64,000 bases of DNA from Candidatus Omnitrophota bacterium (GCA_043803685.1 JAZDJU010000037.1:169518-233517); one strand, 5' to 3'; counted from the stretch's first letter, positions 19,226-28,860 are shown. A program made the numbers and translations. The notes: a model not told the origin generated them from the sequence alone.

Positions 19226-22024
19226 ATGGGGATCAGAAAAGCGCTGACGGGAGCGGTGAAAAGCAATCTCCGCGCAAAGATCACGCTCTTCTTTGCGGCC
19301 ATCGTCCTGTTCTTTGCGATCCTCAATGGGGTCGGCACCTCCTCGGTCCTCTCCTCGAGACTGACCCGGGAACTTCTCAGAGATAACGTCCTCTTCGCGG
19401 AAAGTCTTTCCAAGCACCTCATCGAACCTTTCCTGGCCCGGGATACCGGTAAGATGACGGACAATCTTTTCGATCAGAGATACGCCCACAGTTCCTTGGC
19501 CTATCTTTTTATCCTGGATGAAAAGAACCAATGCCTGGCTTCGACCTCCCTCGGCAGCGCTCTCGAAGAGGAACTGCGCCTTTTGAATCCGTTATCACCG
19601 GGCCAAACCGAGCATATCCTCCTGGTAACAACCTCGCTCGGCCCTGTTTATGATATCGCTGTGCCTCTAGCCTACGGGCGGGGCGTTCTGAGGATCGGAC
19701 TTCTTCGCAAGAATATCGACGATGTCATCCAGGGGGTGCTCGGGATGCTCCTGCTGACCACGATACTCTCGTTCTTTTTTGCCATGGTCTTCGTTCATTT
19801 TCTTGCCGGAGCTCTAACAAAACCTCTCGACTACTTTAAGCGTTCCGTGCAGCGCATTGGTCAGGGCGACCTGGATACCCGGGTCGACATCCATACCCGC
19901 GATGAGATCGGAGATCTGGCCAGGGCATTCAACCAAATGGCGGTGGATCTTAAAAAATCCAAGGAAGATCTGGAAAAAACAATGGTCTCGCATGATTCTT
20001 TATTGCAGGAAATTGCGGTGCGCAAAAAAGTCGAGGAAAACCTGGATCGCGTCAGTCAGAGAAATAAGTTGGTCCTGAATTCGGCGGCGGAGGGCATCCT
20101 GGGACTGGACCTGGAAGGCCGCCACACCTTCGTGAATCCGGCTGCGGCCAGCATGCTGGGCTACAAAATGGACGAGCTTCTTGGTCAGCCAAGTCACAGT
20201 CTTTGGCACCATACCCAGCCCGACGGAAATCCGGCCCCCCCAGAAGCCTGCGCGATCCATGCCACTTTTCGGGATGGAGCAACACGTCACGTGTCCGCGG
20301 AGGTGTTCTGGCGAAAGGACGGCACCAGCTTCCCCGTTGAGTATACAGCCGCTCCCATTTATGACGAGGGCCAGTTGTCGGGTGCGGTCGTATTTTTTTC
20401 TGACGGCACCGAGCGCCGGCGATTCGCCGAAGCAGAGAATTCCAGGATCGCAGCGGAGTTAGCCAGTAAAGCTAAAAGCGATTTTTTGGCGGCGATGTCG
20501 CATGAGATAAGAACCCCCCTGAGCGCCGTGATCGGTTACGCGGACATTCTTTCCAAAACACCTCTCAATGAGGAGCAAAAAAAGTACGTCACGACCATGG
20601 ACTCGAGCGGAAAACTTCTCCTCACCCTGATCAACGATATTCTTGATTTTTCCAAGATCGAGGCCGGTAAGATCGTTCTGGAAGATGTGTTTTTTGACCT
20701 GGAATATCTTATTAAGGACGTCTTTAAGATCGCCTCGACCAAGATCCCGCGGGGGAAGATCACGACCTACGTTGATTTTCACAAAGAAGCGCCGACCCGC
20801 GTCAAAGGCGATCCCACCCGGATGCGGCAGATCTTGCTCAATCTTCTCAATAATGCCATCAAATTCACGCGCCAGGGAGAGATCGGACTCACGGTAGAAC
20901 TCTCGACAGAGACCGCTTCTCCGGAGGAGCCTGTTGTTCTGATGACCGTTAAAGATACGGGCATCGGCATCCCCGCGGATAAGCGAACTCTTCTTTTCCA
21001 GCAGTTTTCTCAGGTGGATGTCTCCACGACGCGAAAATATGGCGGCGCCGGGCTGGGCCTATCGATCTGCAAAGCGTTGATCGAAAAAATGGGCGGCCGG
21101 ATCTGGGTCGAGTCCGAGGAAAACGTAGGCAGTGCGTTCAAATTCACAGTGAAGCTCAAGAAGGGCGCGGCTCTGATCGACAGCTCGGTGTCTTTGTTAA
21201 CGAAGGAAGAACTGGCGAGCAAAAAGATCCTTATTGTGGATGACAACCGGGTGTCGCAAGAGATCGTGGAGCGATACTGTCGCGATCTCGGTCTTTCAGT
21301 GACCTTTATCGCTTCTTCGGCAAAGGAAGCGATCGACCATCTCCAGGGTCTGGCTGGAACCGGCTCCTTCCCCGACATCCTCTTAAGCGATATTCGCATG
21401 GCAGACATGGACGGCTACCAGCTCGTGGAAAAACTCACGGCTTTGTTTCCGGACTGCGGCATGAAATTCATCGCGATCACATCGGACCTTTGGCCCGGGG
21501 CGTCCCCAAAATCAGAAATGAAAGGTTTCCACGGATTCATTGTTAAGCCGGTGCTCAGAGAGGATCTTGCCGGAGTGATCGGGATCATTTTGGGGGACAG
21601 GCGACCCGAGAAAAAGATCGTGACGAAGCATACGTTCCATGAACTTGTGTGTAAAAATATGCGCGTCCTTGTCGCCGAAGACGCGAAAACGAACCGGGAT
21701 CTTGTCGAGATCTTTTTGACCGGATGGGGTTGCCAGGTGGATTTCGCCGAGAACGGAGAAGAAGCGGTGGAAAAAGTCAGGATGAACAAATACGATGTGT
21801 GCCTGATGGACCTTCAGATGCCCAAAATGGGCGGGCTAGAAGCCACCCAGATCATCCGCCGGGAGATCTCCAAGGACCTCCCCATCATCGCACTGACCGC
21901 CGCAGCGACCGACGATATGAAAGCCGCCTGCATGAGTAGCGGCATGACGGACTATGTTCTAAAGCCGATCAATGTGGCGGAACTGAAGGAAAAGCTGATC
22001 CAACACGGCCGTCCTAGCGCTTAA
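19226..22024 (+). CDS. Hybrid sensor histidine kinase (TM-periplasmic-HAMP-PAS-HisKA-HATPase-REC-REC)
   Basis: DEIGDLARAFNQM (HAMP), PAS ..FWRKDGTSFPVEY, MSHEIRTPL, NAIKFT, DTGIGI, GAGLGL, two receiver domains. Confidence 0.94.
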   Translation: MGIRKALTGAVKSNLRAKITLFFAAIVLFFAILNGVGTSSVLSSRLTRELLRDNVLFAESLSKHLIEPFLARDTGKMTDNLFDQRYAHSSLAYLFILDEKNQCLASTSLGSALEEELRLLNPLSPGQTEHILLVTTSLGPVYDIAVPLAYGRGVLRIGLLRKNIDDVIQGVLGMLLLTTILSFFFAMVFVHFLAGALTKPLDYFKRSVQRIGQGDLDTRVDIHTRDEIGDLARAFNQMAVDLKKSKEDLEKTMVSHDSLLQEIAVRKKVEENLDRVSQRNKLVLNSAAEGILGLDLEGRHTFVNPAAASMLGYKMDELLGQPSHSLWHHTQPDGNPAPPEACAIHATFRDGATRHVSAEVFWRKDGTSFPVEYTAAPIYDEGQLSGAVVFFSDGTERRRFAEAENSRIAAELASKAKSDFLAAMSHEIRTPLSAVIGYADILSKTPLNEEQKKYVTTMDSSGKLLLTLINDILDFSKIEAGKIVLEDVFFDLEYLIKDVFKIASTKIPRGKITTYVDFHKEAPTRVKGDPTRMRQILLNLLNNAIKFTRQGEIGLTVELSTETASPEEPVVLMTVKDTGIGIPADKRTLLFQQFSQVDVSTTRKYGGAGLGLSICKALIEKMGGRIWVESEENVGSAFKFTVKLKKGAALIDSSVSLLTKEELASKKILIVDDNRVSQEIVERYCRDLGLSVTFIASSAKEAIDHLQGLAGTGSFPDILLSDIRMADMDGYQLVEKLTALFPDCGMKFIAITSDLWPGASPKSEMKGFHGFIVKPVLREDLAGVIGIILGDRRPEKKIVTKHTFHELVCKNMRVLVAEDAKTNRDLVEIFLTGWGCQVDFAENGEEAVEKVRMNKYDVCLMDLQMPKMGGLEATQIIRREISKDLPIIALTAAATDDMKAACMSSGMTDYVLKPINVAELKEKLIQHGRPSA

Positions 22025-22083
22025 GCTCTCCCGCCCTCCCGTAGGCCCGCCCCCTGAAGTGAAAAGGTTCTCAGCGAGAACTT

Positions 22084-22746
22084 TCAGTTCGCCTCGAAGT
22101 GATGGCGGACTTCCTTCCCCTGCTTCAAGTAGATGGTATCTTCGGCGATATTGTTCGAGAGATCCGCAATGCGCTCAAGATTGCGGCCGATCATGACAAC
22201 GCTTAGAGCCCGGCGGACCGTCTGGGGGTCCTTTTCCATCAACTCGGACATATCCAGATAGAGCTTGTCGTTGTAATCATCAATCTTGTCGTCGCTTTCC
22301 AGGACCTTGCGCGCGAGGTCGACATTCTCATTCATGAAACAATCCAAAGCATCCCGGACCATTTTTTTGACCGCTTCAGCCATGCGTTCCAACGGAAAAT
22401 CCATTTTAAGCGGCGGTTGCCCGATCAAGTATTGGCTTTTTTCCGCGATATTGACCGCGTGATCGCCCATGCGTTCCAGATCGGTATTGATCTTGAGGAT
22501 CATGGTGATCAGCCGGAGATCGCGGGCCATCGGTTGGAGCAGCGCGAGAAGCGTATGCCCGCTTTCGTCGATCTCGATCTCAAGCTGGTTAATGACTTTC
22601 TCGTCCTCTAGCACCGCTTTCACGCGATCCTCGGAACGCTCGACCAGCGCTTCAAAGGATTTTTCAATGGCGCCTTCGACCAAGAGCCCCATCTGAAAAA
22701 GCTTCTGCTTTAAGCCTTTAAGTTCTTCCGCGAAATGTCTTTCCAT
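22084..22746 (-). CDS. phoU: Phosphate signalling protein PhoU
   Basis: MERHFAEEL, QPMARDLR, DLERMGDHAVNIA, LERIADLSNNIAED. Start at 22746 after a GGAGG RBS. Confidence 0.95.
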   Translation of the reverse strand: MERHFAEELKGLKQKLFQMGLLVEGAIEKSFEALVERSEDRVKAVLEDEKVINQLEIEIDESGHTLLALLQPMARDLRLITMILKINTDLERMGDHAVNIAEKSQYLIGQPPLKMDFPLERMAEAVKKMVRDALDCFMNENVDLARKVLESDDKIDDYNDKLYLDMSELMEKDPQTVRRALSVVMIGRNLERIADLSNNIAEDTIYLKQGKEVRHHFEAN

Positions 22747-22765
22747 AAGTCCGCCTCCTTTTCCT

Positions 22766-22818
22766 GAGCCACGAGCCACGTCTCCCGGGCCACGTTGCGT
22801 GGACCGTGGATCGTGCAC
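22766..22818. repeat. Heptamer-built palindrome at the pstB-phoU junction
   Basis: gccacga gccacgt ctcccgg gccacgt tgcgtgg accgtgg atcgtgc. Confidence 0.8.
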
Positions 22819-22828
22819 CCGGGTTATT

Positions 22829-23581
22829 TTAGCCGTACCTTCCGGTAATATATTCCTCGGTCTGTTTTTCCCGCGGGTTCGTAAAGATCTGCTTCGTTCC
22901 ACCATATTCGACAAGTTTCCCGAGAAGCATGAAGCCTGTGCGCTCCGACACGCGGGCCGCCTGTTGCATGTTATGCGTCACGATCACGATCGTGTAATTC
23001 TTTTTAAGTTCGAACATGAGCTCTTCGATCCTTTGCGTCGCCATCGGGTCCAGCGCCGAACACGGCTCGTCCATCAACACAATGTCCGGCTTGATCGCCG
23101 CGAGCCGGGCGATGCAAAGACGCTGCTGCTGCTCCAACGAAAGGTTCAGCGCGAAACGGTCGAGCTTGTCTTTCAAGAGGTCCCAGAGCATAACGTCGGA
23201 AAGCGCCTTTTCCACGATCGCCTCGAGTTCTCCGCGGTTCTTCGTCCCGTGCGTGCGGGGACCGTAAGCGATGTTGTCGAAGATCGAGAGCGGGAACGGA
23301 TTCGGCCGCTGAAAGACCATCCCGACCTTTTTCCGGAGCAGGATCAAGTCCGTCGCGGGGTCATAGATATTCTTGCCGTCGATCAGGATCTCGCCCGTGA
23401 TCCGGACGCCGTCGATCAGATCGTTCATGCGGTTCAGGGTCCTCAGGAGCGTGGACTTCCCGCATCCGGAAGGGCCGATCAGCGCCGTGATCATTTTTTC
23501 CTCGATCCCGAGGTTCACGCCGATCAACGCCTGGAACGTGCCGTAATAAAGATCTAATTTTTTTGTTTCTATCTTTTTCAT
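22829..23581 (-). CDS. pstB: Phosphate ABC transporter ATPase (degenerate signature LSLEQ)
   Basis: [49 protein letters not shown]. Confidence 0.93.
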   Translation of the reverse strand: MKKIETKKLDLYYGTFQALIGVNLGIEEKMITALIGPSGCGKSTLLRTLNRMNDLIDGVRITGEILIDGKNIYDPATDLILLRKKVGMVFQRPNPFPLSIFDNIAYGPRTHGTKNRGELEAIVEKALSDVMLWDLLKDKLDRFALNLSLEQQQRLCIARLAAIKPDIVLMDEPCSALDPMATQRIEELMFELKKNYTIVIVTHNMQQAARVSERTGFMLLGKLVEYGGTKQIFTNPREKQTEEYITGRYG

Positions 23582-23595
23582 GATTTCCTATTCCG

Positions 23596-23648
23596 AACCA
23601 CGCGCCACGTCTCCCGATCCACGCTTCGTGGCTCGTGGTGCGTGGACC
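23596..23648. repeat. Heptamer-built palindrome at the pstB-pstB junction
   Basis: accacgc gccacgt ctcccga tccacgc ttcgtgg ctcgtgg tgcgtgg; clearly related to 22766-22818. Confidence 0.8.
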
Positions 23649-23652
23649 GCCT

Positions 23653-24402
23653 TTACCCAAATCTTCCGCTGATATAGTCCTGGGTCCGCGGATCCCGCGG
23701 CGCCGTAAAGACCTTGCCTGTCTCGTCGATCTCGACGAGCTCCCCCATCAGAAAAAAGGCCGTCCTGTCTCCGACCCGCGCCGCCTGCTTCACGTTGTTC
23801 GTCACAAGGATCTGCGTGTAGCGGGCCTTCAGCTCGAACATGGCCTCCTCGACCTTGGCTGTCGAGATCGGGTCGAGACCGGAACACGGTTCGTCATAAA
23901 GGATCACTTCGGGCTCCACGGCAAGCGTCCGGGCGATGCAGAGACGTTGCTGTTGGCCGCCTGAGAGTTTCATACCCGACGACGAAAGACGGTCTTTCAC
24001 CTCGTCCCAGAGAAACGCTGCTTTCAAGGTTTTCTCGACGATCTCCGCGAGCTTCTTTTTATCTTTCAGGCCGTGCCGCCGGGGTCCATAAGCAATGTTG
24101 TCGAAGATCGACATCGGAAGCGGCAGGGGGAGCGCGAAGACCATCGTGACTTTTTTCCGGACTTCCTCGGCATCCATTTCCTTCCGGATGTCCTTTCCAT
24201 TCAATTTGATCGAACCCGTCATGCGACAGGTATGATCAAGATCGTTCAAGCGGTTGATCGCGCGAAGGAACGAGGTCTTGCCGCTGTTCGAGGGACCGAT
24301 CACGCTCAGGATCTCGTTCTCTCGCACAGAAAAATTAACGTTCTTGAGCGCGGGAACATCCCCGTAGTGAATATTGAGGTTCTCAACAATGATTTTATCC
24401 AT
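23653..24402 (-). CDS. pstB: Phosphate ABC transporter ATPase (degenerate Q-loop and H-loop)
   Basis: [48 protein letters not shown]. Start MDKII. Confidence 0.92.
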   Translation of the reverse strand: MDKIIVENLNIHYGDVPALKNVNFSVRENEILSVIGPSNSGKTSFLRAINRLNDLDHTCRMTGSIKLNGKDIRKEMDAEEVRKKVTMVFALPLPLPMSIFDNIAYGPRRHGLKDKKKLAEIVEKTLKAAFLWDEVKDRLSSSGMKLSGGQQQRLCIARTLAVEPEVILYDEPCSGLDPISTAKVEEAMFELKARYTQILVTNNVKQAARVGDRTAFFLMGELVEIDETGKVFTAPRDPRTQDYISGRFG

Positions 24403-24412
24403 GATAGTTCTC

Positions 24413-24507
24413 GCTCCACGAGCCACGCTCCACGCAACACGAAATGGGGAGCGTGGTCCAGCCCGATCGATGAATGCTCCGTGGCCCGTGTCCCTTGGCC
24501 CGTGCGT
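24413..24507. repeat. Heptamer-built palindrome at the pstA-pstB junction
   Basis: ctccacg agccacg ctccacg caacacg ... ccgtggc ccgtgtc ccttggc ccgtgcg. Confidence 0.75.
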
Positions 24508-24510
24508 TGA

Positions 24511-25362
24511 TCACCATTGTTTTTTTCTCCGCATGTGAGAACGGACAAGAATGGCGACAAAATTGAGCGAAAAAACCATTCCCACAAGCACAAGCGCGGT
24601 ACCATATTGAAGCGCGGGTTTCACGTTCGGCACCTGCGTCGAAAGCACGTAGAGGTGGTACGGCAACGCCATGCATTGATCAAAGATCGACTGTGGTAAA
24701 CGTGGCAGATAGAAAGCCGCCACCGTGAAAAGAATGGGGGCCGTTTCTCCCGCCGTCCGGCTAATACCCAGAATAGAGCCGGTTAAGATCCCCGGGAGAG
24801 CGTTCGGAAGCACCACATGACGGATCGTCTGCCACCGGCTTACGCCCAAAGCGAGGCTCGCCTCCCGGAAAGAACGCGGAACGCTTAAAAGCGCTTCTTT
24901 TGAGGAGGTGATGATCACGGGCAGTTCCATGATCGCAAGCGTGAGGGCTCCCGCGAGGATCGAAGACCCGAATTGAAAGAAGATCACAAAAAGCCCGAGG
25001 CCAAAGAGGCCGTAGACCACGGAAGGCACCCCCGCCAGATTCACGATCGCGATCTCGATCATCCGTGTCCACCAGTTCTTCCGGGCATACTCCACAAGGT
25101 AGATCGCCGTGAGAACCCCGAGCGGAAGCGCGACGCCGATCGCCACCGCCACAAGGCAGAGCGTCCCCATGATCGCGGGGAAAATGCCGCCGGCCTTCAT
25201 CCCCAGGCGCGGCATGGCGGTCAGGAATTGCCAATTGATCGCGGGCAGTCCTCTTTGAATAAGGATCACCAGGATCAGAATCACCGGGATAATCACGATG
25301 AGGGCTGCCAGACCGAGTAGCGCAAAAGCGATCTTTTGTTTGGTTTGAGGCCTGATCTTCAT
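24511..25362 (-). CDS. pstA: Phosphate ABC transporter permease
   Basis: GGIFPAIMGT, NLAGVPSVVYGLFG, REASLALG, RTAGETAP. Confidence 0.95.
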   Translation of the reverse strand: MKIRPQTKQKIAFALLGLAALIVIIPVILILVILIQRGLPAINWQFLTAMPRLGMKAGGIFPAIMGTLCLVAVAIGVALPLGVLTAIYLVEYARKNWWTRMIEIAIVNLAGVPSVVYGLFGLGLFVIFFQFGSSILAGALTLAIMELPVIITSSKEALLSVPRSFREASLALGVSRWQTIRHVVLPNALPGILTGSILGISRTAGETAPILFTVAAFYLPRLPQSIFDQCMALPYHLYVLSTQVPNVKPALQYGTALVLVGMVFSLNFVAILVRSHMRRKKQW

Positions 25363-26243
25363 AGTCTTTTCCTGTGGCGCGCCATATCGGCAAGAAAATT
25401 GATAAGAAATGTGATCGCGAAGAGAACCAGGCCGATGGCAAAAAGCGAAAAATAATGCTCGCTTCCGCGCACAGTTTCTCCCATTTCAGCGGCGATCGTG
25501 GCGGTCATGGTCCTGACGGGCGCGAGGATCGTGTTCGGCATCACGGAAGCATTACCGGTGAGCATCATCACCGCCATTGTTTCGCCGATAACGCGTCCGA
25601 TCCCAAGCATGATCGCGGCCACGATCCCGGAAGAGGCCGCAGGAATGATGACCCGATAGATGGTCTGCCAATGCGTGGCCCCGAGCGCATAGGATCCTTC
25701 CTTATAAGTCCGCGGCACGGAGGTAATGGCGTCTTCCATAATGCTGACCATCGTTGGAATAGCCATAAAGGCCAGAGCGATGGATCCCGTTAGCGCGGTG
25801 AGACCCGTCGGAAGATGAAACAGGTTTTTGACAATGGGACCCAGCATGGCCATCCCGATGAAACCGATCACAATGCTTGGGATCGCGGCAAGGAGTTCCA
25901 CGCCGGCTTTAAGAAATTCGCGCATCCAGCGCGGCGCGATCTCTCCGATAAAGATCGCGCAGGCAAGACCCAGAGGAACAGAAATGACGGTTGCTCCGAT
26001 CGTCACGAACAAGGAACCAAGGAAAAGCGGCAAAATGCCGAATTGAGGCGGTTCGTTCAGCGGGCTCCAGATCCGTCCGAAAAGAAAATCCTGGATCGTA
26101 ACCGTTTTAAAAAGAGCAAGGCCGTCTTTGGCTAAAAAAACAAAGATGAGGATAACAAAGAGAATACACGCAAAGCCATTCGCGAGAATGGCTTTTTCAA
26201 TGATCACTTCCCGGAATTTTTTCATTATTTCTCTCACCGCCAT
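25359..26243 (-). CDS. pstC: Phosphate ABC transporter permease
   Basis: FGILPL, ELLAAIPSIVIG, EGSYALGAT, GRVIGETMAV. The start may be 26225. Confidence 0.95.
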   Translation of the reverse strand: MAVREIMKKFREVIIEKAILANGFACILFVILIFVFLAKDGLALFKTVTIQDFLFGRIWSPLNEPPQFGILPLFLGSLFVTIGATVISVPLGLACAIFIGEIAPRWMREFLKAGVELLAAIPSIVIGFIGMAMLGPIVKNLFHLPTGLTALTGSIALAFMAIPTMVSIMEDAITSVPRTYKEGSYALGATHWQTIYRVIIPAASSGIVAAIMLGIGRVIGETMAVMMLTGNASVMPNTILAPVRTMTATIAAEMGETVRGSEHYFSLFAIGLVLFAITFLINFLADMARHRKRL

Positions 26244-26250
26244 AATTTAC

Positions 26251-26283
26251 AGGGGACAGGCATTACGTGACTGCCTGTCCCCT
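26251..26283. terminator. Perfect 12-bp stem-loop between pstS and pstC (mRNA-stabilising or attenuating hairpin)
   Basis: aggggacaggca ttacgtgac tgcctgtcccct; no U-tract, so possibly REP-like rather than an intrinsic terminator. Confidence 0.6.
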
Positions 26284-26324
26284 ATAAAACATTCTTAAAA
26301 CCTATCCGAAAAACCGCTCAAGAT

Positions 26325-27194
26325 CTACTTCTTGCCTAGCGACACAAACCCCATATCCTCAACGATCTTCTGCCCCTTTTCGCTCTGGGCAAAATCAATA
26401 AACGCCTTGATCTCTCCCCGAGGTTTGAAGGCCGTATACACATAAAGGAACCGCCAGATCGGGTAGGTCCTGTTCGTCGCGGTCTCTTTGGATGGTTGAA
26501 CAAAGGGATCCCCGCTTTTCTTGGCAACGGCAATGGTTTTGACCTTCGAGGTCACGTAGCCAAGTCCGTCATAACCGATCGCGCTTTCGCTTGTCGAGGT
26601 TTCACTAATGATCGCCTCGGAAGACGGCAACATAAGGACCGACGGCGCAAACTGTTCCGGGCCTTTTTCATTCCCCTTCCTCAATACATGCTCCAGAAAA
26701 TACATATGGGTTCCGGAATTCCTTTCACGCGAGAGGACGAGGATCTTCTGATCTTTGCCTCCCACTTCGTTCCAGTTCGTGATTTGCCCCGTAAAAATGC
26801 CGGAAAGCTGATCGATCGTCAGCTCTTTGACAGGATTCGCCGGATTGACGATCACGGCGAGCGCGTCGATCGCCACCTCGAACTCTTCTGGATAGTATCC
26901 GGCCTTCTGGGCATCTTCGAGCTCTTTTTTCTTGATCTTGCGGCTCGCGTTGGCGAGATCGGTGGTCCCATTGATCAAAGCCGCGATCCCGGTCCCGGAA
27001 CCGCCTCCCGTCACGGCAATGCTCGCTTCGGGATGCTGGGCCATGTACTCCTCTGCCCATGCCTGGCTCAAATTCACGATCGTGTCCGACCCCTTGATCT
27101 GGATCATTTTTTCTTTCGCGTGGACCGGCAAAATCCCGACGCAAAAGATACTGAAGGCCACCCCCGCCACTTTAAGCAATCGATCGATTTTCAT
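26325..27194 (-). CDS. pstS: Phosphate ABC transporter substrate-binding protein
   Basis: Signal peptide, IKGSDT, GGGSGTG, ASR, SRERNSGT, YPIWRFLY. Confidence 0.95.
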   Translation of the reverse strand: MKIDRLLKVAGVAFSIFCVGILPVHAKEKMIQIKGSDTIVNLSQAWAEEYMAQHPEASIAVTGGGSGTGIAALINGTTDLANASRKIKKKELEDAQKAGYYPEEFEVAIDALAVIVNPANPVKELTIDQLSGIFTGQITNWNEVGGKDQKILVLSRERNSGTHMYFLEHVLRKGNEKGPEQFAPSVLMLPSSEAIISETSTSESAIGYDGLGYVTSKVKTIAVAKKSGDPFVQPSKETATNRTYPIWRFLYVYTAFKPRGEIKAFIDFAQSEKGQKIVEDMGFVSLGKK

Positions 27195-27224
27195 CTTGGA
27201 TCCTCCCTTTATGTGCTGGGTCCT

Positions 27225-27268
27225 ATTTTACAGGACCTCTGTGGTGAACGATGTAAAATCCTTGTAAA
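27225..27268 (-). promoter_or_regulatory. Pho box plus -10 element upstream of pstS
   Basis: Minus strand TTTACA (27268-27263) and TTTACA (27257-27252), 11 bp apart, then TAAAAT (27230-27225). Confidence 0.7.
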
Positions 27269-27270
27269 CT

Positions 27271-28755
27271 TTAAAACTTCCAGGTCATATCCATCTGGAA
27301 CCGGCGAACCGACTGGTCGGGCTGCATCCCGTTCGTGGTGGTCGCCCGCTGAGTGATCGGCCGCACGAGATAACACGCGCCGTTCAAGGTCAGATATTTC
27401 GTGAGGTTATAGCCCAGCTTGATGACATTTCCCGCCTTGTCGGCACCGCCATAGTTATAGCCTCCGAAGTCACTGTCATTGAAAGCGCCCACCACGGAAT
27501 TCGCGCCAATGTACTTGTATTGGTAGCTCGCTTGCCAATCGCCTTTCTTCGCGAGCTTCCCGATCGTCAGACCTAGCGACCAGGCATCCTCCCCGCCCTG
27601 CATGGAATTATTGGGCGTCGCAGCAGAGAGGCCGGAGGTATTGCTCATGTTGCGCGCAAACTCAGCGAACGGTTTGACGGGGATCCCGTGAGGGAAGATA
27701 TTGATCTCTTGATAGAAGCTCAGGATATTAAAATTCCGGGCCGACAGAGTATTTGCGTCATAGCTAGGGTTCCCGTTGGCCTGACTTGTCCCATCGATAT
27801 ACCAATTCGAAGTATTGGCATAGTTCTGATAATTGTAGACGGAGATCGCCGAGAGGGCATCCACCGGCCTTTCCAGCCCCGGCACATAGAACACGGGATT
27901 CACCCCCGCCTGATAAGCGAACAGGTTCGCGTCTTTCGTGCCCGTGGTTCCCGACTCCTTAAGAACAAATTGCCCTGCCGTCAGGTAGCTGTTGAGATCC
28001 AGGTTCTCGGTATCCAGAAGCTTGGCATCGACCTTTTCATAGATGCCCTCCGGCTTGAGGTCCCGGTCCCAGATCATATCGGTAGATCCTTTTTCAAAAG
28101 GATTGTTGAACTTGCCAGCCGTGACTTCCGCGCCAGACACCGGACCCGCCTTGGCCCATTCCGGCGTGTACGTCGCATAGGCCTTTTCGATCCAGATATT
28201 CTTGAAGTTGAAATCGTTATTGAGCGACTGATTCGTCGAGACAGGGTCTGTGTTATAACCATTCGCACCCATTTTTTCGCCGCTCGCCATTGAAAACCCG
28301 ATCTTCATTTCATCGTTGAATTTCTTTTCAAATCCGTAGCGAAGACGAAAGCGGAAACGGTTCCGGTTGGGTTCGGAAGTCGTGGCCGCGGTATTCCCGT
28401 TCAAATGGAACGCTTCATATCTCAATCGGAGGTCCCCGCTGAACTTGAGGTCTTTGAGCCATTTGTCCGCGCCGCCCGTGGTGTCTTTTAACCGTTCTTT
28501 GAATTCGACTTCGCTCATCGGCGGCGTTGCTTCGACGCCTCTCGAAGCCATCTGGAGCTTTCCTCCACCGCCCTCTTTGAGCGCCTGAAGCTCGGCCTTC
28601 TGCGCCATGACGGTCGTCTGCAATTCGTTCATTTGCCTTTGCATATTCTGGACCATGGCCATAAGCTCAGCGTCGCTCGCAAATGCAGAGGACGTAAAAG
28701 TTAAAAGGCAGACGAGCAAAACGCTCGCCAATTTAATGAAAAGGGGATATTTCAT
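27271..28755 (-). CDS. Putative outer-membrane porin (phosphate-regulated) with N-terminal coiled coil
   Basis: Signal peptide, coiled coil, FSGDLRLRYE, RNRFRFRLR, WDRD..PEG, C-terminal beta strand ending WKF; GGAGGAG RBS before MKYP. Confidence 0.85.
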   Translation of the reverse strand: MKYPLFIKLASVLLVCLLTFTSSAFASDAELMAMVQNMQRQMNELQTTVMAQKAELQALKEGGGGKLQMASRGVEATPPMSEVEFKERLKDTTGGADKWLKDLKFSGDLRLRYEAFHLNGNTAATTSEPNRNRFRFRLRYGFEKKFNDEMKIGFSMASGEKMGANGYNTDPVSTNQSLNNDFNFKNIWIEKAYATYTPEWAKAGPVSGAEVTAGKFNNPFEKGSTDMIWDRDLKPEGIYEKVDAKLLDTENLDLNSYLTAGQFVLKESGTTGTKDANLFAYQAGVNPVFYVPGLERPVDALSAISVYNYQNYANTSNWYIDGTSQANGNPSYDANTLSARNFNILSFYQEINIFPHGIPVKPFAEFARNMSNTSGLSAATPNNSMQGGEDAWSLGLTIGKLAKKGDWQASYQYKYIGANSVVGAFNDSDFGGYNYGGADKAGNVIKLGYNLTKYLTLNGACYLVRPITQRATTTNGMQPDQSVRRFQMDMTWKF

Positions 28756-28806
28756 GGGTTTCGTTCTCCTCCGGTTAAATGGGATCGGTTTTGTTGCCAT
28801 GCCGGA

Positions 28807-28860
28807 AGTATAGAAAACCTATGTCAAGTCTTCGTGATGGAGGTGTAAGGAATGGGTAAA
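28807..28860 (-). promoter_or_regulatory. Four 11-bp-spaced Pho-box half sites plus -10 element upstream of the porin gene
   Basis: Minus strand TTTACC, CTTACA, ATCACG, TTGACA starting at 28860, 28849, 28838, 28827; TATACT at 28812-28807. Confidence 0.7.
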
